From NCBI GenBank assembly GCA_038087875.1, contig CM075998.1, positions 4,032,001 through 4,096,000 of the forward strand: 64,000 nucleotides of DNA, given 5' to 3'. How positions within the stretch are numbered: the stretch's first letter is position 1; each line of letters starts with the position of its first letter. Below the pieces are notes generated by a model. It made no database searches. It was not told where the DNA came from and saw nothing but the letters and a program-made list of their open reading frames with translations. The stretch is from Malacoraja senta (Eukaryota). Shown piece after piece: positions 1-12,945 of this stretch. A program made the translations under genes and the position numbers.

Positions 1-537
1 GTCCCATGGTACGAGTTCATTCCAAGAGCTCTCCAGATTAAAAAAAAAAAAAATCAAACTCGTAGTAAGCACGGAGAATGAAGGTAGAGCTCGGGGACAT
101 TCTTTTTATTTTTAAATTTTTTTTATTTACAGTAATATGACACCAATGAAAATGAAAAAGAGAGAATAGATAATAGATAATAAAAGGTGGAAAAACGTGT
201 GATATATAGTGTGTGAAAAGGAAAAAAGGGTGAAAGCAGAAAAGTGAAGAAAAGAAGATAGAAAGAGACAGAGTAGAAAGTAAGAGATTAAGGAGATCGT
301 TATTTATATTCTGTCGGGGACATTTCTTAGCGGCTCGTAACGCTAATGGCAGGTACTCGGGAAGACTCACTAACGGCAGGTAAGCACGGGAAGACTCGTG
401 GACATTTTTCAACAGGTTGAAAAATGTCCACGAAAGCCCCGAGTACCGACGAGTGGCCATTACCGTAAATCTCCGAGTTCGAATCGGGGCAAACCCGGGA
501 GAGCTCTTGAATGAACTTGTACCATGGGACAGGGCCA
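1..537. mobile_element. Harbinger-type MITE family H1 (left end cut by window), interrupted by a retroposon tail
   Basis: Inverted ends gtcccatggtacgagttcattc / gaatgaacttgtaccatgggacagggc; same sequence as 3778-4106 and 45409-45727; TTA follows the right end. Confidence 0.8.
102..313 (-). mobile_element. 5'-truncated poly(A) retroposon tail (L1-like 3'UTR) nested in the MITE
   Basis: 11-bp TSD tcggggacatt (91-101 and 314-324); T-rich left end equals AATAAA plus A tail on the minus strand. Confidence 0.65.
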
Positions 538-894
538 TTAAGAAGAGACGTGACCTGAAACATCACCCATTTCTTTCCACCAGAGATGCTGCCTGACCCA
601 TTAATTCTGCTTTCCTATTTATCCATTCTAACTTGATCTTTTGTTCCTTGTCCCACTTCCACTCTTCTTTCTTGGAGTCGTCCTATTGACGTTTAATCTG
701 TCCATAATTTTAACCATAGCATAATCCTCCCCTTTTGTTCTCTTCTCCCCATCCCATTTTCCATTAAGATTTGTTTCCCTGTAATCTTTTTCCGTTTTAA
801 TGAAAATTAATCAAACTAAAATGTTTTAAATATCTCTTCACAGGTGCTTTATGCCACTTGAATATTCCCATCATTTTTTTAACTATATTTCAGT

Positions 895-1084
895 ATCAGT
901 GTGAAATTCTCTGCCACAGAAAGTAGTTGAGGCCAGTTCATTGGCTAGATGTGGCCCTTGTGGCTAAAGGGATCAGGGGGTATGGAGAGAAGGCAGGTAC
1001 AGGATACTGAGTTGGATGATCAGCCATGATCATATTGAATGGGCCGAATGGCCTACTCCTGCACCTATTTTCTATGTTTCTATC
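895..1084 (+). mobile_element. CR1 (HER1-like) LINE 3' end
   Basis: aattctctgccacag...ggatatggagagaaggcagg-type sequence and ttctatgt tail, as in 34320-34540. Confidence 0.85.
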
Positions 1085-3060
1085 TGAAATTTTTTACACA
1101 ATATAAACTTTCATTTGAATTGGTATAAAGTGCCTCGATTTAATGTCACATCTAAAAGGTAATGCCTCCCACAATGTAACACTTCGCCAAGATTATGGAA
1201 CCCATAACCATCTGATTTGGGTGAGAGTGCTGCCACTTAGCCTAGCTGGCGCCATAAAACCTATGCTGGCTATAGAACTTAATGAACTGCAAATTGTTTT
1301 TACATAGAGCAACAGTTTATGTCTCACTCGTTAATCTTTCAGAGCGAAGGTCGTTGTATAGCAGCAGCCCCATCTACACAAACCTGAGGCAAAAATGAAT
1401 GAACTGGCCCCTCCAATTTTAATAGCATGTGCATATGGAGCCTGTAGTTTAATGACCTGCATTGTTTTTTTTAAGCTATAATCTTTTCAAGAAGTCCAGC
1501 TGAGTTTATTAGCCATTATAATGTATTGTTCCTTGTATCTTTCAACAGATGAAGTTCTGAAACCTAATTAGTTTATATATTCTGTTTTGTACATAAATAT
1601 GTTATTTTATCCACATTACACCTCACCGCAACTTCTGAAAGTAAACTTGTCGTAATTTTTAAACCCTAATGCCAAACAAATTATCGCCATGTTACTTTAT
1701 CTAAGCACCTCGTAGACCACAAATCATTACATTTGTTTGATTTGTCAAGGACGGAAATAATGTAAAAAGTGAATCGTGAACCTTCAATAATTATGTTTTG
1801 GTACATTTAGAAGTTTCCCTTTTGGTTTTGGCTCTTAGCCGAAAAAACCCTGGTGTTTAATTCTGCTTTTATTGACTACATACATTCTTGATGGGTTTTC
1901 CTGTATTGTCCCATCCTTTATTTTAAGAATAGTAAAGACATTTAGGGCCTGTATATGCTTCCTCCAAATTGTTGTGGTTATTAAAAATTGATTATGTTGT
2001 TGAGAGCACCAAACGTTCAACACAAGCCAAGAAAACTCTGTCAGGCTTTCAATTTATGTCTTTCAGTACATTAACAAATGAACTGCATAATCTGTTGCAG
2101 TGTTTGTATGATGCAGCTCTGATGCTTTGACAGGGCGTGCAACCTTTTAATAACCCCTAAGGTCACCAGCAACTGCAGGGGAATCCACTCTGCATTGAGA
2201 GACTACTTAACGATGCCATGTGCAAGGCCCAGTAGTCTATAATCATGTTGCAACACGTTGAAAGTAGTTTTGTAACTTCAGTCCCAAAGTGTAATCTGTC
2301 CACAACTAACTGCTCATATTGTACTCCTCTAATCTCTGCCCTATTTCCTTTGATTTTTCTGGATCTATTGTAATTGCATTCGCTGACAACTTTGGTACTC
2401 TGAGAATTATCCTTTCCAAATATTGGCCATAAGTTGGTAAGTGATCTATCAAACGGCTTTAACATTTATTGGGTTACCTTACAAGTGAGAAGAGGAAACT
2501 TTGCGGTTTTTAGGAAAGGTTATCAATGTTTTTTAATGGCATTTAAAGAATTGTGGCAATTTTGAGGTTTATTTTGGCAAAACGTGCATGAAAATGGTGC
2601 ATCACTTCAACGTTTTGGTAGCAGCCTTATCTGGTACGATTTGCCATTACTGTGATGGCAAGAGCCTGGATGGCAAGACTCCCGTCATCATCAAATGCTA
2701 TGGTTTTTACAAATTCAAAAGTCCAACATGCATAAGTGCTTCCTCTCTCCAATTCCAGGCTGTCCCCAGAAAATGAACTGTTTTTTACAGGCATCCATAA
2801 GTTGATTTTGCCTTATCAGAAAACGCACAAAAATAGCTCCATGGTAACCAGAATGCCACAATATAGTAAGGAATGGCATCAAAAGCACTTAAGACTGATA
2901 AGAAAGAACAATTACTAAAATTGGAGAGAGGAAACTTGTTCTGCCATTCATAAGAATGAGTATTTATGCATGTTGAACTTTTGAATTTAATAACAGTATG
3001 GCAGGTTGTTCATCAGTAGGAGTGTTCATCAGTCAGGCATTCAACCAAAAGCAAGAGTTA

Positions 3061-3726
3061 TGGGCATGTCCCACTGAGGCGACTTTTTAAGGCGAGTGAA
3101 GGAGACCCTGTGCTCGCCACATGGTCGCCACATGTTCGCTGGTGGTCTCTGGTGAGTCTCCTTCATGGTCGCGAGGAGTTCCCGCATTCTGGGAACTAGT
3201 CGTGGCCTCAGTTTGGTCACCGCAAATTTTTCAACATGTTGAAACATTTTCTGCGACCAAAAATTGGTCGCCATGGAGATAATGGATAATCCTGTAGTCG
3301 GAGGTGCAGTTGTAGTGGGGTCGCCGTGTAATTGGAGGTAGTCCTAGGTCGTTTTAGTTAATCGCCTTTGCTGACCGGTCATTGGGGGAAGAAAACGTAA
3401 GCAGGAGTTTTCAGAACCAAGGATAACCGACCGGTAATGTTAAATGTCCGCCGAACTTCACAGCTGTGTATCTCTGGCTTATTAAAAGTTGTCTCCACTC
3501 CTTCTCCCCCTCTCAACCCCTCTTTTAAAGGACTTACTGTACACTGTGCTAGCCGTCTTAATTACAGCGCCAACCTTCCTGTTCATTGTGGTGTGTGTCT
3601 ATCACCTTGGCTTTGCACTGTGGGAATTTTTCAGACAGCGCTCCTCTGCTTGCCCTGGCCTTTGCTGTGTGTGTCCGTGCGTCCGTCCGTTCCAGTTCCC
3701 GGTTTCGCCTAAGTGGGACAGGCCCA
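3061..3726. mobile_element. Harbinger-type MITE family H2
   Basis: TIRs tgggcatgtcccactgaggcga / tcgcctaagtgggacaggccca; flanks tta / taa. Confidence 0.8.
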
Positions 3727-3777
3727 TAAAGAGTGTTTTATTGTCATCTGTCCTGAAAGGGAACAATGAAATTCTGA

Positions 3778-4106
3778 AAGCCCTGTCCCACGGTACGAGT
3801 TCATTCCAAGAGTTCTCCCGAGTTTGCCCTGATTCGAACTTGGAGATTTACGGTAATGGCCACTCGTCGGTACTCGGGGCTCTCGTGGACATTTTTCAAC
3901 ATGTTGAAAAATCTTCACGAGTCTTCCCGTGCTTACCTGCCGTTAGCGAGTCTTCCTGAGTACCTGCCGTTAGTGTTACGAGCCGCTAAGAGACGTTCCC
4001 GAGCTCCGACGTACCCGCTACGTTCAATCTCCGTGCTTACCACGAGTGATTTTTTTTTAAACCTGGGAGAGCTCTTGGAATGAACTCGTACCGTGGGACA
4101 GGGCTT
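3778..4106. mobile_element. Harbinger-type MITE family H1
   Basis: TIRs aagccctgtcccacggtacgagttcattccaagag / ctcttggaatgaactcgtaccgtgggacagggctt; 3-bp TSD tga/tga. Confidence 0.88.
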
Positions 4107-4139
4107 TGACTTGCAACAACACAACAGAAATGTAAACAT

Positions 4140-4266
4140 GTGTAGCAAGGAACTGCAGATGCTGGTTTAAACCGAAGATAGACACAAAATGCTGGAGTAA
4201 CTCAGCGAGTCAGACAGCATCTCTGGAGAAAAGGAATAGGTGACATTTCTGGTCGAGACCCTTCTT
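4140..4266 (-). mobile_element. PLE terminal-repeat fragment, subfamily A
   Basis: ggaactgcagatgctgg...gagacccttct; flanked by direct repeat tgtaaacat. Confidence 0.75.
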
Positions 4267-4954
4267 GTAAACATAGTACTCTGTAAACACCATAATAAAT
4301 CTGTGACAATGTTTCTGTTCCCAATTGAGAGCTTTGATGCTAATTGGTTTCTCCAGTTTATATTTGATTGAATCCGCATACATGTTTCTCAACAATAGTA
4401 AGGTATGCGGATTCAATAGCAAATCTGAAAACGATAACATGCTGTTTTGAGCTGTAGTGTGCTGCAACCATCCTTAAGGCATTAAAGCGTTCGGGTCAGC
4501 ACCAAATTTGAAATTATATTTGGAATGCTTTGCTCTGTTTTTCTTTCTCAAGGACACTCTTCTAGTCTTTAAAGGAGTGTCTTCCTTTCAATGAGACAAA
4601 TTATGTCAACACTTGAGTTGTGCAATGAGTGACATTTGGCTCTTCTGACAGTTCTTGTGGTCTAAACAACAAGTGTTTTGCCAAATACATTTTCTACTTA
4701 TGAACCTCCTTTTACTTCATTGCAGGTGCTGCACAAGGGGAAACCCTGGCATCCTTCTGACACCCACATAGTGGATTATAAAACATTCAGCAGTTATATT
4801 AATGAATATACTCTGAACTGTTCTTAAAATGGTGGCATGTCAGTGTTTGTGCTAAAGTGTAAAACATCCAAAGCTATGGTCAGTTTATCTATTCGAGATA
4901 CGTGGTTGCAACCATGTACTAAGAACAAGGTTTATTATTTGCATTGATGCATTG

Positions 4955-5090
4955 TTAGAAACATAGAAACATAGACAATAGGTGCAGGAGTAGGCCATTC
5001 GGCCCTTCGAGCCTGCAACGCCATTCAATATGATCATGGCTGATCATCCAACTCAGTATCCTGTACCTGCCTTCTCTCCATACCCCTTGT
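4955..5090 (-). mobile_element. CR1 LINE 3'UTR fragment
   Basis: (agaaacat)n tail then ggtgcaggagtaggccattcggcccttcgag, the reverse complement of the CR1 3' end. Confidence 0.8.
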
Positions 5091-5291
5091 TCTTAGATGA
5101 AGGGATACATTTGGTTTATTTTATGCTTTAAAAGCAAAATGCTCTTGCTGTTCCATCATTAACTCTGAAATGCCTGGTTATGGACAAAGTGTAGATTACT
5201 CTGTTCAATATTTTTAAACTAATCCACATCTACCCAGAAACTATGATCACTTTTTAACGATTTTCCAATAGTTCAGAATGTTTCTGGATTT

Positions 5292-5590
5292 TTAGTTTAG
5301 TTTAGTTTAGAGATACAACGCGGAAACAGGCCCTTCGGCCCAGCGGGTCCGCGCCGACCAGCGATCACCGCACATTAGCCCTATCCTACAGCCACTAGGG
5401 ACAATTTTTACATTTACCAAGCCAATTAACCTACAAATCTGTACGTCTTTGGAGTGTGGGAGGAAACCGAAGATCTCGGAGAAAACCCACGCAGGTCACG
5501 GGGAGAACGTACAAACTCCGTACAGACAGCACCCGTAGTCAGGATCGAACCGGGGTCTACGGCGCTGTACTACCGCTGCACCACCGTGAC
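5292..5590 (-). mobile_element. V-SINE (HE1-like)
   Basis: (tttag)n tail, central V-domain-like sequence and B-box ggttcgatcc on the minus strand; same family as 12617-12945 and 31944-32245. Confidence 0.85.
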
Positions 5591-5759
5591 CGCCATTTTG
5601 CGTTTTGGAATGTGCCTCCTCTTCAAGGAAGTTTACCATTGTTTACTTTCAATTTGAGTTCAAGAGAATTGCTGAATTTGAGTCTGACATGCACCATTCA
5701 TGTTGCAGGGAGCACATCCTCTGCTGAGTTCATAGAGCATGGAGTCATGAGCGTTACAT

Positions 5760-7200
5760 AGAACAGATAGAGCAGTGAGTCATAAAGTTATATAACACAG
5801 AAGCATGTTCTACGGCCCAACTCATCCACACAGACCAAGTGCCTTCATGAATTATTCCCATGTGTCCACATATTCCTCTAAACCTTGCTCTATCCACAAA
5901 TCTGACCAAATTAAAAAAAAGTTGTAATTGTTCCACATACCCCCCCCCTTCCCATTGTGTGGATAAACTTTCCCCCTCGGGCCTCCTTTAAATCTTTCCC
6001 ATTTCCTTTGAAGCTATATGCCCTCTGGTTTTAGACTCTTCCATCCTGGTAAAAAGACTATGACCATGCACCCTATTTAAGCCTCTCGTGATTTTCATGA
6101 ACCTCTAAGTCCACCCCTCAGTCTCTGTTGCCCCAAGGAAAATAGTCCCACTCTGTCCATTTCCCCCTTTATAACTCAAGCCCTGCACTCCTGGCAACAT
6201 ACTTCTGAACTTTTCTGCACCCTCTCCAACTTAATCACATCCTTCCAAAAGCTGGGTGACCAGAACTTGAGACTTTAGAGTGCACGCAATATTCCAGATG
6301 CAAATCTCACCAACATCCCATGTAGCTGTAGCGGACCATCGCAGCTCTTGAACTCAACGCCCTGTCCGATGAAGGCAAGCATGCCGTTAACCTTGTCTAC
6401 TTATATTGCCATTTTTAGGGAACAACAATGTACTTGTGTCCCTTGTGCCCATGTACTTGTGCTCCACTTTCCCAGTTTCTCACTTGAAGTAGGTCCTGTA
6501 ATAACTGAGACAACTTGCTTCACTGTCCAGTACACTGTCAGTTTTGGTGTCATCTGCAAACTCACTAATCACGCCACCTGCATTCTTGTCTAAATACATG
6601 ACAAACGACAAAGGAGCCAGCACCGATCCCTTGCGGCACACCGCTGTTCACAGGCCTCCAATCTGAAAAACAACCCTCTGCTACCACCCTCTGTCTCCTT
6701 CCACGGAGCCAATTTGGTATCCAATTGATGAGCTAACCCTGGATCCCATGTGATCTCGCCTTCTGGACCAGCCTACCATGTGAGACCTTGTCATAAACTT
6801 TGATAAATTCCACGCAGACATGGTCACCATTTGGAAGGGCAGGACAAAGGATTGAAAAAAACCCTCAAAATTCATGAGACATGATTTCAAACACACAAAG
6901 CCATACTGCCTATCCCTAATCAGTCCTTCCCTTTCCGAACACCTGTCTTATCAGAATCCCATCCAGTAACTTTGCCTTCATTGACGTTACTCTCGCTGAC
7001 CTGTAGTTTCCTGGTTTGTCTTGCAGCACTTAAATATAGGCTCAAGATTAGCCACTCTCCAGCCTTCCAGTACCTCAACATATGGAGAGGAAGATGGAAA
7101 CATCTCTGCAATATCCACAGTGTACTTCGTTTCATATCCACAATGTACTAGCATACACTTGGCCAGTCCCCAGGGATTTATCCACCTTTATGTGCCTCAA
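5760..7200 (-). mobile_element. Old decayed CR1 LINE (RT region to 3'UTR)
   Basis: Reverse-complement similarity to 16215-17480 (gtcatctgcaaa = FADD codons near 6549; VPQGSVL-like region near 6620-6650). Confidence 0.7.
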
Positions 7201-7339
7201 GCCCACCAACACTGCTTCTTTTGTAACACTGATATGTTTCAGGACATCATTATTCTGTTTGCTGAATTTGCTAGCTTCCGTGACTTTCCCCTTGCTGAAT
7301 ATAGGCGAGAAATATTCATTTAAGTATTGATATATGTGA

Positions 7340-7803
7340 TATTTGATGTAAAACTCCGTTTGAAAAAACAGATGACGAGTGGGGGAGCAGGGAGTTGAGG
7401 GGTTATGGAGGGAGGGGTGACTGAGGGTAGGGTGGAGGGAGAGGTGGGGGAGGGGGGAGGAGGAGAGGGGAAAGAATAGGGAGGGTGAAGGATGAGGGGG
7501 AATGGAGGAGGATAGGGGTAGGAAGAGGGATGGTGAGGTAATGGAGGAGGGGGGAGGGGGAAGAGAGAGGAGGGGAGGGAGGGGTGAGGGGGAGGAAGCA
7601 GAGGAGGGCTGGTGGATGGAGGATAATGGAGGAGGTGAATAGGGGACTGAAGAGGGAGAGTGAGATGCGTTCACATTGATCTTATTTTTTACAAGTTATT
7701 GCCACGTCTGCGCAGTTGGGGGCTATGGGTGAGTGGTGGAATATTGCGTTGGGGGACCGGGCCTCCCGTGTGACAGGGACCCAACGGGTCCCACTTGGTC
7801 TAG
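7340..7803 (+). mobile_element. Non-autonomous Helitron-like element, 3' end; internal G/A-rich low complexity (5' limit uncertain)
   Basis: Hairpin gggaccc-aac-gggtccc (7776-7792), 7-nt spacer, then CTAG (7800-7803) followed by T. Confidence 0.6.
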
Positions 7804-7954
7804 TGATAACTATCATGCTGATTGTCCACTGAATTATGATAGATGACTTCACACACTAGGGGATTATTGACTGGCTGCAACTTTTTTTTCCTCTGCACAG
7901 TCTTCAATTTTGACATCTTATCATCATCATGACAATTGAGTAGAGCAACAACAA

Positions 7955-8305
7955 TTAAGATCATCTCTGAACCCTCTCACCCTGGCCACAAACTCTTTGA
8001 ATCGCTTCCCTCTGGAAGGCGACTCCGGATTGTCAAAGCTGCCACATCCAGACATAAAAACAGTTTTTATCCACGAGTAGTTGCTCTACTCAACAGCCAA
8101 AAATCTGTAGCCTCCCTTTGATCTAGTATTTTGTTGGTTCACATGCTTGATCAATGGTGTTTTATCATTAATGTCTTATTATTATTAATGTTTAGTGTTT
8201 TCTGAGTCATTCGTAACTGTCACTGTCCATGTTGTTACTTGTGGGCGGAGCACCAAGGCAAATTCCTTGTATGTGCATACTTGGCCAATAAACTTTCTTA
8301 CTTAA
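7955..8305 (+). mobile_element. Rex1/Babar-like LINE 3' fragment
   Basis: ORF KIISEPSHPGHKLFESLPSGRRLR...KNSFYPRVVALLN, then 3'UTR with aataaa. Confidence 0.75.
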
Positions 8306-8754
8306 ACATTTTCGTGAGTAAATTACGTTTGATGGGAAGCCTTTTACCAAATGTTGTCCAGAACAATCTATCAACAGTAAAAAATGACTTTTAAGGTCCT
8401 TACACCTGTGTCACAGTTGTACCTGTCAGTAACTGTTTCTGAGGTTGTTGGGTATATTTGTTACACGGGTATAAATGTGTAGCAGTGGAAAGACTAGCGG
8501 TAAATGGCCAAGTCCATCACTGCTTTTGTTTAATTATTTGACCTCGCATATTTAGCAAACCCATCTGATCCAGTCAGATGACCTTTAGTCTCATCTCCAG
8601 CATTTTTGACTCGTGAACAAATAGGTTAGCAGAAAATAGATAGAAAACTTTTTAATTATTCAAATAGTATTTCTTATCTTAAGTTGCTTGTGACAATGTC
8701 CAGTTGATTAATTTTCAATTCTTGGCGATTCCATGACAATTCTTGTCCTCCAAG

Positions 8755-9920
8755 AATCAAGAAGAGTCAAGAGTTTTATTGTCATATGTCCCGGACGGGA
8801 CAATGAAATTCTTACTTGCTGCAGCACAACAGAAAGAGTGAATATGTAAACATTGTATATAACGGGGGGAAAAAAAGAAAAAGTTCAATAAATAACAAAA
8901 TATAGGACAAATAATAATATAGTCTTTTGTAGTTCAGAGCTCATAGCTTATTCGTTGTGTTTAAATAGCCTGATGGCTGTGGGAAGAAGCTGTTCATGAA
9001 CCTGGACATTACAGTTTTTCAGGCTCCTGTACCTTCTTCCTGATGGCAGTGGTGAGATAAGTGTGTGGCCAGGATGGTGTGGGTCTTTGATGATTTTGGA
9101 GGCCCTTTTGAGGCAGCGACTACGATAGATCCCTTCAACGATGGGGAGGTCAAAGCCGATGATGGACTGGGCAGTGGTCACAACTTTTTGTAGTCTTTTT
9201 TGCTCCTGGACGTTCAAGTTGCCGAACCAGGCCACGATGCAACCAGTTAGAATGCTCTCTACCGTGCACCTGTAGAAGTTTAGGAGAATCCTCTTCGACA
9301 TGCCGAATCTCCGTAATCTTCTCAGGAAGTAGAGTCGCTGATGTGCCTTCTTTACAATTGCATCAGTGTGCTGGGACCAGGAAAGATCTTCTGATATATG
9401 CACGCCCAGGAATTTGAAGTTATTGACCCTCTCCACCATCGTCCCGTTGATATAAGCAGGATTGTGGGTCCTCATCCTTACCCTACTGAAACTCCACAAT
9501 CAGTTCCTTGGTCTTACTGATGTTGAGAGCCAGGTTGTTGTGCTGGCACCATTTGGTCAGTCGGTCGATCTCACTTCTATACTCTGACTCGTCCCCATCT
9601 GTGATTTGTCCAACCACAGTGGTGTCATCGGCGAACTTGATGATGGAGTTCGCACTATGACCGGCTACGCAGTCATGGGTATAGAGTGAGTAAAGCAGGG
9701 GGCTGAGCACGCAGCCTTGAGGTGCTCCCGTACTAATTGTTACTGAGGATGAAGTGGTTCCTCCAATTCGAACAGACTGTGGGTCTGTGGATGAGGAAGT
9801 CGAAGATCCAATTGCAGAGGGATGCGCAGAGGTCCAGTTCCATGAGCTTGGTAACCAGCTTGGAAGGGATGATGGTATTAAACGCCGAGCTGTAGTCTAT
9901 AAACAACAGCCTGACGTACC
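8755..9920 (-). mobile_element. Rex1/Babar-like LINE, 5'-truncated RT pseudogene
   Basis: ORFs 9483-9710 (LSPLLYSLYTHDC...KFADDTTVVG) and 8948-9499 (FKFLGVHISEDLSW...LPSGRRYRS), frameshifted; (caagagt)n-like tail. Confidence 0.9.
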
Positions 9921-11006
9921 TTTGTACTATTTGTAAATATCAGCTACTATCCTTGTATCACTTTGGTGGAAGCAGGCTCAAATCTGCATCTTGCATACAA
10001 CATTGAAGTATAGCTGTGTAGGAAGAAACTGCAGATGCTGGTTTAAACCGGCTAGACCACAAAAAGCTGGAGTAACTCAGCAGGTCAGGCAGCATCTCCG
10101 GCGAAAAGGAATGGGTAACATTTTGGGTCGAGATTTCTTCAGATTGAGAGTCAAGAGTCCAATTTTTCATTTAAAAAATCTAGGCGTGCACCCCAATGGT
10201 AAATTATTTGTCTAAGCCTACTGGGAAGACATTTTATTTCAGTTGATTTGGGAACTTTTGAGGAACATGCTTCAAAAGCAAAAAGTAAACTTTTGTTGTA
10301 AAAAAAATGTGTGCAAAACTGCATTTTGTATCCAAAAATCCTGTACTCGAATGCATGTCCAATAGATTTTTTTTAAATTTGAACTGATGTGGTCGGCTTG
10401 TCATTTAAGGAACTCTGGTGTAAAGAGTAGGAGGGATGATGCACTAAATGATGAAGCAGTTATTAATCATTCTAAAGGTAGATTAAAACAAATCGAGAAC
10501 GAGCATCTTTCATTTTTTCAGGGCGTTCCAAAGTACTTCAAGATGATGAATTGCTTTTGAAGTCGAAAACCTGTTGTTGCAAATATGGCAGCTAGCTTAC
10601 TAATACACAAATGTTGCCACAAATTACACTGAGATGGAGTCATAGTCCTACAGCATGGAAACAGGCTCTTCAGCCCTACTCGTCCATGCCGACCAAGATG
10701 CTTCCATCTAAGCTAGGTCAATTTGTGTGCATTTGGCCCATATCCCTCTAAGCCTTTCCAATCCATGTACCTGTCTCAGCATCTGGTAAATGCTGTTACA
10801 GTACCTACCTCTGAAGGGTCTCAACCCGAAATGTCACACATTCCTTCTATCCAGCGATGCTGCCTGTCCCGCTGAGTTACTCCAACTTTTTGTGTATCTT
10901 CGGGTTAAACCAGCATCTGCAGTTCCTTCCTGCACACACCTCCTCTGCCATCTCCTTCCGCATACCCACCACCCTCTGAGATAAATTATAATTGACCTGT
11001 TTTGGT

Positions 11007-11745
11007 CATAGATAGATAGATAGACATTTATTGTCACATACACCAATTGGTGTAGTGAAATTTGACTTGCCATGCAGCACACAAATAAAGATAACATCAA
11101 AGAATTTAACAACATAAAAACATCCCCCCACAATGGTACCCACTGTGGGGGAAGGCAGCAAAGTCCAGTCCCATCCCCAGTTCACCCATAGTCGGGGCCT
11201 ATTGAGGCCTCTGCAGTCGCCGCTACGGCAGCCCGATGCCTCAGGCCCTCTCGCCGGATGATGAAGCTCCGGCGTCGGGTGAACACTCTCAGCAGCCCGG
11301 AGTGTCTGGAGCGGCCGCCTCCTCCCAGTAGACCGCGGCTCCCGAAGTCCACGAGCCGCGCTGGTTGATGCTCCGACTCTGGCGACCTCGTCGTGAGATC
11401 CCAGGCTCCGCGGTGTTTAAAGCTCAGCGCAGCCCGCGGCTGGAAGCTCCGCAGACCGCAGACCGCAGCTTCGCGATGTTGGTGCCGGCTGTCACAGCAC
11501 TCCGGAGCTTACTGCACGGCGACCCGGGTTAGGCATCGCCCGCTCCGCGATGGTACTTCAGCGCTGTGCCGCCGCCGAAGCTGAAGTCCTGGCCGGTCCC
11601 GGCAGGAAAACGCCGCTCCAGTCTGCCCGTAGGCCGCGAGGAAGGGGCGAAGATCCGGCTCGGAGAAAAGCCGCAACTCCGACCAGGTAGGTACTGAGAA
11701 AATAGTTTCCCCCTAACCCCACCCCCCACCCCCCACATAAAAAGA
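11007..11745 (-). mobile_element. Unclassified CpG-rich non-autonomous retroposon with (tcta)n tail
   Basis: (gata)n and tttattgtca at the left end; GC/CpG-rich body; 3' hairpin related to 27860-28335 and 58725-59030. Confidence 0.5.
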
Positions 11746-12616
11746 ATCGTGTTGGGAAGGCCGTTAGACCTGTAAATCCAGAGAATTATCTTGCTGTTCA
11801 AATAGTCTCGGAATTTTTTGTTAACCTGAACAGGGCAGGCTGGCAGCTCATGGATTTTACGTGGCACATTTCAAAGAAAGGCTGAAAGTCATTTGGGTAT
11901 CCAAGCGAATATTCTTCACTCGGTTGAAGCCAGAGTGTTTTGGGGATCTTGCCGAGCATAATGTTGGTGCGACCACTGCCACAAGGCCCGGGACACATTT
12001 CGATACAATTCCTTGTCTCTGAAAAGCTTTGGTATATTTCTAAGAATCATGATCCGATGCAGTAATTACCCCTTATCATGTGTACTCCTTGTTAACATTC
12101 CTAAGTCTGCCAAATGTAGCAGTCGTCGTTCGTTCACTAAATGCTGTCTAGATTTGGCTCCAATGTGCAGCAAAGTCTATGGCAGATCAGTCCGACAGTT
12201 GGTGCAGCTTCTATGCAGGGGGCTATTGACCTTAATGTTGTGTTGGTTTAGATATATCCTTGTGCTGCATTGGAATGCACATTAGAAAGGAAGGTAGGGC
12301 TGTCTTCATTCTTGGAATGCTAGGCATTACATCTATATGGCCCCAGTAGGAATACTGTTTTGAGTGTTATGGGCAAGTGGTTAGATTTTATGTTGGACTG
12401 TTGCAAATTCTTTCATGTCAGACTGGCGCAAAATGCAGGTGTTGATTTCGCTATAAGACTGTCTATCAGATACAGATTCACCCCTGAATAACGACAGTGA
12501 CATTATCGCATCTTCATGTGTGATTTGGGATGTGCTTTCTGTAACAACCAATATATATCCTTTACATGGTTCAGGAGATTTTTGAAGATTTTCATTCGTG
12601 CTCCAGTTCGGTAGCT

Positions 12617-12945
12617 CGGCACCGTGGCCCGAGGGGTGGTGCAGCAGTAGAATTGCTGCCTCACAGCGCCAGAGACCCGGGTTCGATCCTGCCTACGGAT
12701 GCTGTCTGTAAGGCGTTTGTACGTTCTCCCTGTGACCACGTGCGCTTTCTCCGGGTGCTCCGGTTTCCTGCCACAGTCCAAAGACGTACAGGTTTGTAGG
12801 TTAATTGGCTTCGGTAAAAATTGTAAATTGTCCCTAGTGTGTAGGACAGTGTTTGTTTGTGTGTGTGTGTGTGGATCGCTGGTCGACGCGGACCTGGTGA
12901 GCCGAAGGACCTGTTTCCACGCTGTATCTCTAAATTCTAAAGTCC
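12617..12945 (+). mobile_element. V-SINE (HE1-like)
   Basis: tRNA-like head with A/B boxes (ggtgcagcagtag...gggttcgatcc), V-domain, CR1-like tail ending gctgtatctctaaa. Confidence 0.88.

Noticed and set aside
7132..7674. 180-aa Pro/Ser-rich ORF
   Set aside because: Low-complexity purine tract.
11160..11700. CpG-island promoter
   Set aside because: Better explained as the body of a tailed retroposon with relatives elsewhere in the window.
12630..12700. tRNA gene
   Set aside because: A/B boxes belong to a V-SINE head; no full cloverleaf.
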